The notes under the pieces were generated by a model. The model ran no database searches. It was not told the DNA's origin and was given only the letters and a program-made list of their open reading frames with translations. The position numbers and the translations under genes were made by a program. Below are positions 26,873 to 32,000 of a DNA stretch of 32,000 nucleotides, piece by piece (the stretch's first letter is position 1; every line of letters starts with the position of its first letter). Source of the DNA: Candidatus Harpocratesius repetitus (GTDB taxonomy: Archaea > Asgardarchaeota > Lokiarchaeia > Sigyniarchaeales > Promethearchaeaceae); NCBI GenBank assembly GCA_021498095.1, contig JAIZWK010000001.1:1800001-1832000 (forward strand). Direction: 5' to 3'.

Positions 26873-28558
26873 ATGCCTACAATTGAGCTGAAAATTGATC
26901 AGTTATCGGAATTACTTGGTAAAAAAGTGAAATATGAAACATTGCAATATGATTTACAATGGATTTCCTTGGACATTGATGATTATGATCCAGAAAACAA
27001 GACAATAAAAGTTGAATTTAATCCAAATAGGCCTGATTTTTCCAGTCCTCAAGGAATTATAAGGCCACTCAAAGGATATTACGGATTAGAAAAAGGATTA
27101 ATTAAATATCACGTGAAAAAAGGTAAGGAATACTTTAAAGTAAGTGCTAAAGTAAAGGAAATCCGTCCATTTGTAGTATCTGGATTAGTCCGATTTGATT
27201 TTTCTCTTTCTGAAGAGCAAGTTATCACCTTGATGCGAATGCAAGAAATTCTTCATTGGGCTGTTGGCAGAGATAGAAAGAAGGTTGCTATTGGAATTCA
27301 TGATTATGAAGCAGTAAAAGGACCATATATTTACACCACAGTTAAACCTGATGAGATTAAATTTCGTCCTTTACATTTAGAAGCATATGAATTGACACCC
27401 CAAGAAATTCTTGAGGAACATCCAATGGGTATTCAGTATGCACATCTTTTAGAAGGATTCTCTGAATACCCCATGATATTTGATGCAGAAGGGAAAGTTG
27501 TATCTTTTCCTCCTATAATTAACGGCACATATACTACGGTAACTCCAAATAAAACGAAGATTTTACTATTAGATTTAACAGGAACAGATGAAAAGGCTGT
27601 TAATGTCGCGTTAAATATTTTGGCCACAACATTTGCTGATATGGGAGGAAAATTAGAATCCGTCAAGGTAATTTATGAAGATGAGCCAGATAAAGAAATT
27701 TGGACGCCTAATTTAGCTCCAAATAACTGGATTGCTCATGTTGATTATATTAATTCATATATTGGTTTAAATCTAACTGCTGAAGAAATGGTCGATTGTC
27801 TTCATAAAGTTCGTTTAGATGCAAACATAAAGGATCCGAATACGCTAAATATCCAAGTTCCTGCCTATCGTAATGATATCATGCATGAAGTAGATCTTGT
27901 TGAAGAAGTTGCTATGGGCTATGGATATCAGAATTTAACTCCAACGCTGAATATGGAAGGTTTCGGCAGATATCATCCTGCAATGAAGTTAGCTCAAAAT
28001 GTTAGAGAAATTATGATCGGAGCAGGATGTATTGAAATGGTTAATAATATTCTAATTTCAAATAAAGATAATGAAAAAATGGGGTTAAAATTAAAGCAAA
28101 CGGAGCAAATAATTCTTGCGAATCCTGTTTCAAATGAATATGATTCCGTTAGAAGATATTTAAGACCAAGTTTACTAAAAAACATTCAATTTAATCGATC
28201 TGAAGAAAAACCTTTCCGTATTTTTGAGGTAGGTGATGTAATTATTTATGATAAGACCAGAGAAACTCTATCACGCAGAGAATTGCATTTAGCTGTAATG
28301 GTACATTCAGACTCTAGTGATTTTTCAGAAATTCGGAGTATTTTCGATTATTTTGCCCGCACCTTTGGTATTTTTGAAGAATTATCAATCAAAGAAGATG
28401 AAGATCCTACATATATTCCTGGAAGAATGGGTTCAATATATTATAAAAAGAAAAAAATAGGTTCTATTGGAGAAGTCCATCCTCAAGTGATCCTCAATTT
28501 TGGGTTAGAATATCCAACTGCTACTTTTGAGATAAATCTAATGCCATTTATTGATTAA
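26873..28558 (+). CDS. pheT: Phenylalanine-tRNA ligase beta subunit, archaeal/eukaryote type
   Basis: PNRPD, QEILHWAVGRDRKKVAIGIHD, SFPPIING, VPAYRNDIMHEVDLVEEVAMGYGY, GEVHPQV. Starts 1 nt after the pheS stop. Confidence 0.97.
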   Translation: MPTIELKIDQLSELLGKKVKYETLQYDLQWISLDIDDYDPENKTIKVEFNPNRPDFSSPQGIIRPLKGYYGLEKGLIKYHVKKGKEYFKVSAKVKEIRPFVVSGLVRFDFSLSEEQVITLMRMQEILHWAVGRDRKKVAIGIHDYEAVKGPYIYTTVKPDEIKFRPLHLEAYELTPQEILEEHPMGIQYAHLLEGFSEYPMIFDAEGKVVSFPPIINGTYTTVTPNKTKILLLDLTGTDEKAVNVALNILATTFADMGGKLESVKVIYEDEPDKEIWTPNLAPNNWIAHVDYINSYIGLNLTAEEMVDCLHKVRLDANIKDPNTLNIQVPAYRNDIMHEVDLVEEVAMGYGYQNLTPTLNMEGFGRYHPAMKLAQNVREIMIGAGCIEMVNNILISNKDNEKMGLKLKQTEQIILANPVSNEYDSVRRYLRPSLLKNIQFNRSEEKPFRIFEVGDVIIYDKTRETLSRRELHLAVMVHSDSSDFSEIRSIFDYFARTFGIFEELSIKEDEDPTYIPGRMGSIYYKKKKIGSIGEVHPQVILNFGLEYPTATFEINLMPFID

Positions 28559-28614
28559 AAAAAATGTGAATATTCTTTTTTTATTTTAATACATTTTTTA
28601 ATAAATTATATTAG

Positions 28615-29367
28615 TTATGATTGTTCTCCAATCAGATTTTTAATATATGTTATTATTTCTTTATTTCCTTTTTCAGCTAAATCTAATAAGCTATTCAATT
28701 CTTCACGATTGAAATTTTTTCCTTCAGCCGTTCCTTGAATCTCAATCAAATTTAAATCTTCATCCATAACAACATTCATATCCACATCAGCATTGCTATC
28801 TTCTTCATAGCACAGATCGAGCATAGGTATTCCATTTATTATTCCAACTGAAATTGCTGCTATTATTTTAAATGGGGGTATTTTCTGAATATATTCCAAT
28901 TCAATAGCTTTCTTAAGAGCATCATAAACAGCAACAAAAGCACCTGTAATAGACGCACATCGAGTTCCTCCATCTGCTTGGATGACATCTGCATCAATCT
29001 TAACTGTTATTTCGCCTAATTCATCAAGATTGAAAGCAGCACGTATTGCTCTACCAATTAAACGTTGGATCTCTTGGCTTCGACCTGAAATTGATCTTTT
29101 TCGATCTCGATTTCTGCGTGTATTCGTAGCCCGTGGGAGTAAATCATATTCTGATGTAATCCATCCTTTTCCACTGTCTCGTAAAAATCTTGGTACAGAT
29201 TCTTCAACTGAAGCAGTCACAATAATTTTTGTATCTCCTTGCTGAATTAGCACACTACCTTCTGGCCATTTCAAATAATTCCTCACGATAACAAGAGAGC
29301 GTAATTGATTGGGTAATCTTCCATCTATACGATTTTTGTTAATCTGATTTTCAGTTTCATTACTCAT
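28615..29367 (-). CDS. rph: Ribonuclease PH, bacterial type
   Basis: EGSVLI..GDTK, GWITSEYDLLPRAT, SGRSQEIQRLIGRAIR, QADGGTRCASITG, LDLCYEEDS, DMNVVM, IEIQGTAEG. ATG at 29367. Confidence 0.93.
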   Translation of the reverse strand: MSNETENQINKNRIDGRLPNQLRSLVIVRNYLKWPEGSVLIQQGDTKIIVTASVEESVPRFLRDSGKGWITSEYDLLPRATNTRRNRDRKRSISGRSQEIQRLIGRAIRAAFNLDELGEITVKIDADVIQADGGTRCASITGAFVAVYDALKKAIELEYIQKIPPFKIIAAISVGIINGIPMLDLCYEEDSNADVDMNVVMDEDLNLIEIQGTAEGKNFNREELNSLLDLAEKGNKEIITYIKNLIGEQS

Positions 29368-29450
29368 CTTTATCAATTATTAATAACTAATAATATTGTT
29401 AAATCGCGTGAGTATAAGAGTATTTGGGCAATAGTTGGATTGAATAAGGG

Positions 29451-29735
29451 ATGAATTCAAAAGAAATAATTGAAATTGTGTCGAATGATCAGACAGTTCA
29501 GAAATTATTTGAACTCGATCCAGAATCTGAACTGTTTATTCATAAAATTCAAGGGAAATCTTTGTTATTTCTCCAGAATCACTTTCCTGAATTATTTTCA
29601 CCAAATAACACTTGTATATGGAGTATAAATTTTATTTCTCACAAAATGATTAAGGAACATGCTTATGCTTATGGAAAAATAAAATTCTTTTTAAGCAATG
29701 AAGGAAAAATATTAAAAAAAATCAAGAATTTATGA
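29451..29735 (+). CDS. Hypothetical protein, 94 aa
   Basis: ATG-started ORF preceded by AAGGG, in a gap and divergent from rph. No motif recognised. Confidence 0.6.
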   Translation: MNSKEIIEIVSNDQTVQKLFELDPESELFIHKIQGKSLLFLQNHFPELFSPNNTCIWSINFISHKMIKEHAYAYGKIKFFLSNEGKILKKIKNL

Positions 29736-29830
29736 ATTTCTTTTATTTCAAAAATTCGTAAAATTTCTGGTTTTTTGTAAAATTAATAAGAATTAGAAAT
29801 ATAAAGATATGAAATATTATTTATATAGGA

Positions 29831-30655
29831 GTGTTTGGCGTGTTTCTCACAACTTATGAAAAACAATGGTATAATTTACCAAGTTTCAAACAAAAAATCA
29901 AGGATTTTATCAAAAAATCCAATCTCGATGCATTTTTTGAAAGGAATACGTCAAATCAAATATATGAAGAGAAAAATCCTTTAATTCTATTAGAAAAAAT
30001 TGCAGTTCTTCTAGTTCATCCAAATCCCTCCATTCGGAAAATTGTAGCTTCTTTTCTGCATAAATGTCTTCCTAACAGAACTTTACAGCTCTATGATGCA
30101 GGTAATTTAATTAATGAATTGCCAAATTCTATTAAAATCAAAGTCATTCAGCAAATGACAGAATATTATAAAAAAGCAGATTTATCATATCTTAACTTCT
30201 CTACTTTTTGGTTGGGAATGTATGGAACTGATGATAGCCTTCCCTTACTTATTAAGAATTTATCACATCCTTCTATTAAAATTGTCAAACAAGTGATTAA
30301 CGCTATTGGTATATTTGGTTCTCCACGTGCAATTCCATATTTACTTCCCTTAATTCATAAGTATAATGATCAATCCCAAATTCAACGCGCTGTCATAGAA
30401 GCCATTGGAATCTTAGGTCAAGAAGGTGTTGGTATCCAAAGTTTAATACATGAACTTTATACCCAAGATTCTACAAATTATCAATTATTAGAAAGTTATA
30501 TCAAATCATTTGGAGCGCGTATATTAAAATATATTGCTTGTGAGATTGAATTCGAAAAGAATTCATTTAGAAGGAGGCAACTACAAGAATTCTGTGATTC
30601 GATTGCTCAAGAATTTGCCATAAAAACATCAAAACAATACACTATCCTTTTATAG
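29831..30655 (+). CDS. HEAT/PBS-lyase repeat protein
   Basis: HPNPSIRKIVASFL, LPLLIKNLSHPSIKIVKQVINAIGIFG, AIPYLLPLI, IQRAVIEAIGILG. Confidence 0.75.
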   Translation: MFGVFLTTYEKQWYNLPSFKQKIKDFIKKSNLDAFFERNTSNQIYEEKNPLILLEKIAVLLVHPNPSIRKIVASFLHKCLPNRTLQLYDAGNLINELPNSIKIKVIQQMTEYYKKADLSYLNFSTFWLGMYGTDDSLPLLIKNLSHPSIKIVKQVINAIGIFGSPRAIPYLLPLIHKYNDQSQIQRAVIEAIGILGQEGVGIQSLIHELYTQDSTNYQLLESYIKSFGARILKYIACEIEFEKNSFRRRQLQEFCDSIAQEFAIKTSKQYTILL

Positions 30656-30686
30656 GTTGCGAATTTCTTTTTAAATAGGAACTTAA

Positions 30687-31823
30687 ATGATATCTTTTAG
30701 TAAATCTCAAATTCTTATCATAGTAATTTGGTGTTTAATATATACAATAGGTTTGATTCTGCGTTTATTCAATCTTTTCCCTTTATATTATCTGATTATT
30801 GTTGAAATATATTTATTTATTTTCTTTTTATTGAATATTCGATATGCTCTTTCATCCCATAATAATTTCGAGAAAAAGAAGCATTCAGATTATTTTATAA
30901 ATGAAATCTTACTTTCAATTTCATATTTAGCATTAATAATCTATCTTCCTTTTCTTTTTTCTCGGAATTTAGGCGATGAATTATGGTCGTTTATCTATTT
31001 TAATTTATGGAATTCGCTTTCCATTCATATTTTTTGCTGGTTTATTTACATTCTTTGTGCTCAAAGGAATAATCAGCGAAAACATCGTAATCTAAATTAT
31101 TCTGAGTGGTTATATATTGTCAGAATGCTTCACAATTCGAAAAATGATGTAGTTCATAATTCTACACGTAAATTGATGCATTTTGGAATTGCTTTTGGCT
31201 TATTATTAATCTACATTTTATCTAGAATATTTGTGGATATTCCCTTGTTTTCCCAATTTAAAATTTCTGAATCCCTTTTTATAAATTATTGGTGGTTTGC
31301 AATCTCTCTTCATTTATTATGGATGCTTAATATTGCCGATCTCTTCCGTTTGAATGGTTTTTCTTTTTTGGGTCGTTTTGCTACAAGGTGGTTTGAATCA
31401 TCTATTCGAGAAAAAGAATTTTATACGTTTACTTCAGCTCCTTTAATGATTATTTCTTGGCTTCCCTTTCTTTTAGCATCACAGCCAATTTTTATTATTG
31501 TAGCATTTATTGGTTCAATAAGTGATGCTTTAGCAAGTATTATTGGTAAAAAATATGGTAAAATTAAGGATTCTCATGATAAAACAAGAGAAGGGTATTT
31601 TACAGGATTTTTTTCTACTTTTATTCTAAGTTTCTTGGGAATTATGCTTTTTATTCCATCGATTAATTCAATTTGGTTAATTTCATTCGCATCTGTACTG
31701 ACTTCAATTGGATTCTATATAGTAGATCGCTATGCAAAATTAATTTCTGATAACTTTCTAAATTCCATGATAGTTGGTGGAATCTTATGGGGTTTCATTG
31801 CTTTTTTACAAAATTTTTCTTAG
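30687..31823 (+). CDS. CTP-dependent polyprenol/lipid kinase (dolichol kinase / phytol kinase / Dgk1-like), multi-pass membrane protein
   Basis: TRKLMH, REKE, SISDALASIIGKKYG, KTREG, SDNF motifs, plus an extra hydrophobic N-terminal region. Confidence 0.8.
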   Translation: MISFSKSQILIIVIWCLIYTIGLILRLFNLFPLYYLIIVEIYLFIFFLLNIRYALSSHNNFEKKKHSDYFINEILLSISYLALIIYLPFLFSRNLGDELWSFIYFNLWNSLSIHIFCWFIYILCAQRNNQRKHRNLNYSEWLYIVRMLHNSKNDVVHNSTRKLMHFGIAFGLLLIYILSRIFVDIPLFSQFKISESLFINYWWFAISLHLLWMLNIADLFRLNGFSFLGRFATRWFESSIREKEFYTFTSAPLMIISWLPFLLASQPIFIIVAFIGSISDALASIIGKKYGKIKDSHDKTREGYFTGFFSTFILSFLGIMLFIPSINSIWLISFASVLTSIGFYIVDRYAKLISDNFLNSMIVGGILWGFIAFLQNFS

Positions 31824-32000
31824 CGGAAGATTTTTCTACAAAATTTAAAAGGTTATTCTCGGTATAAGTTTTTAGCAAATCATTGGGGGATGTACTATAG
31901 AATTCAATATTGAAAATGAAATTTATAGTGAAATATTAAACGCTTTTAATGCTCAAAATTTCAAAACAGGATTTGAAGAAAGAGAAATCATAAAATTAAT

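Noticed and set aside
2866-28185. Short ORFs nested in or antisense to long genes (for example 2866, 3589, 6946, 7901, 7906, 8339, 9313, 10389, 10417, 10537, 13871, 15037, 15767, 19106, 21195, 21479, 21550, 25987, 27433, 27994)
   Set aside because: These are shadow frames of well-supported genes with no motifs. The MILQL and CSIIS repeats are alternative readings of the TDDTA repeat.
28982-29245. 87-aa plus-strand ORF
   Set aside because: Antisense shadow of rph.
31876-32000. Stop-free plus frame at the window end (…IEFNIENEIYSEILNAF…)
   Set aside because: There is no in-frame ATG, and the nearby ATG at 31890 is in another frame and stops after 7 codons. Too little sequence to call.
1-32000. 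CRISPR array, tRNA/rRNA, IS elements or inteins
   Set aside because: I saw no repeat-spacer periodicity, no tRNA T-loop or cloverleaf signatures, no GC-rich RNA-like island, no transposase or integrase ORF, and no intein splice motifs.

Overview
AT-rich archaeal chromosomal window, most likely from an Asgard archaeon (Lokiarchaeia-like). This assignment is inferred from a Rab-like small GTPase, a longin-like protein, an LRR protein, an IPGY-TM-basic C-terminal sorting signal, archaeal/eukaryote-type PheRS and CoaD, and DUF1512. The window holds about 30 CDS. Housekeeping genes: guaB, adk, coaD, pheS/pheT, acyP. Amino-acid metabolism: MalY/PatB, a LeuC/LeuD-type pair, two tandem ilvE, and a 5'-truncated dihydrolipoamide dehydrogenase-like gene. 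Also present are a 1190-aa acidic surface glycoprotein, a bacterial-type RNase PH and a dolichol/phytol kinase-like protein. I found no rRNA, tRNA, CRISPR array or transposase. The strongest candidate for a new system is a steroid 5-alpha-reductase (SRD5A1/2-DET2 type, catalytic residues intact) transcribed divergently from a 3-beta-HSD-like extended SDR, with a palindrome between them. Together these suggest a regulated steroid or isoprenoid modification module. Other notable points: a partial LRR gene with a 115-aa super-repeat that the ORF track missed, the lpd-like gene broken exactly at its redox cysteine, an F-to-W pocket change in one ilvE copy, and a 31-bp tandem duplication that rewrites a C-terminus. 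All family assignments come from motif recognition by eye; no database search was run.
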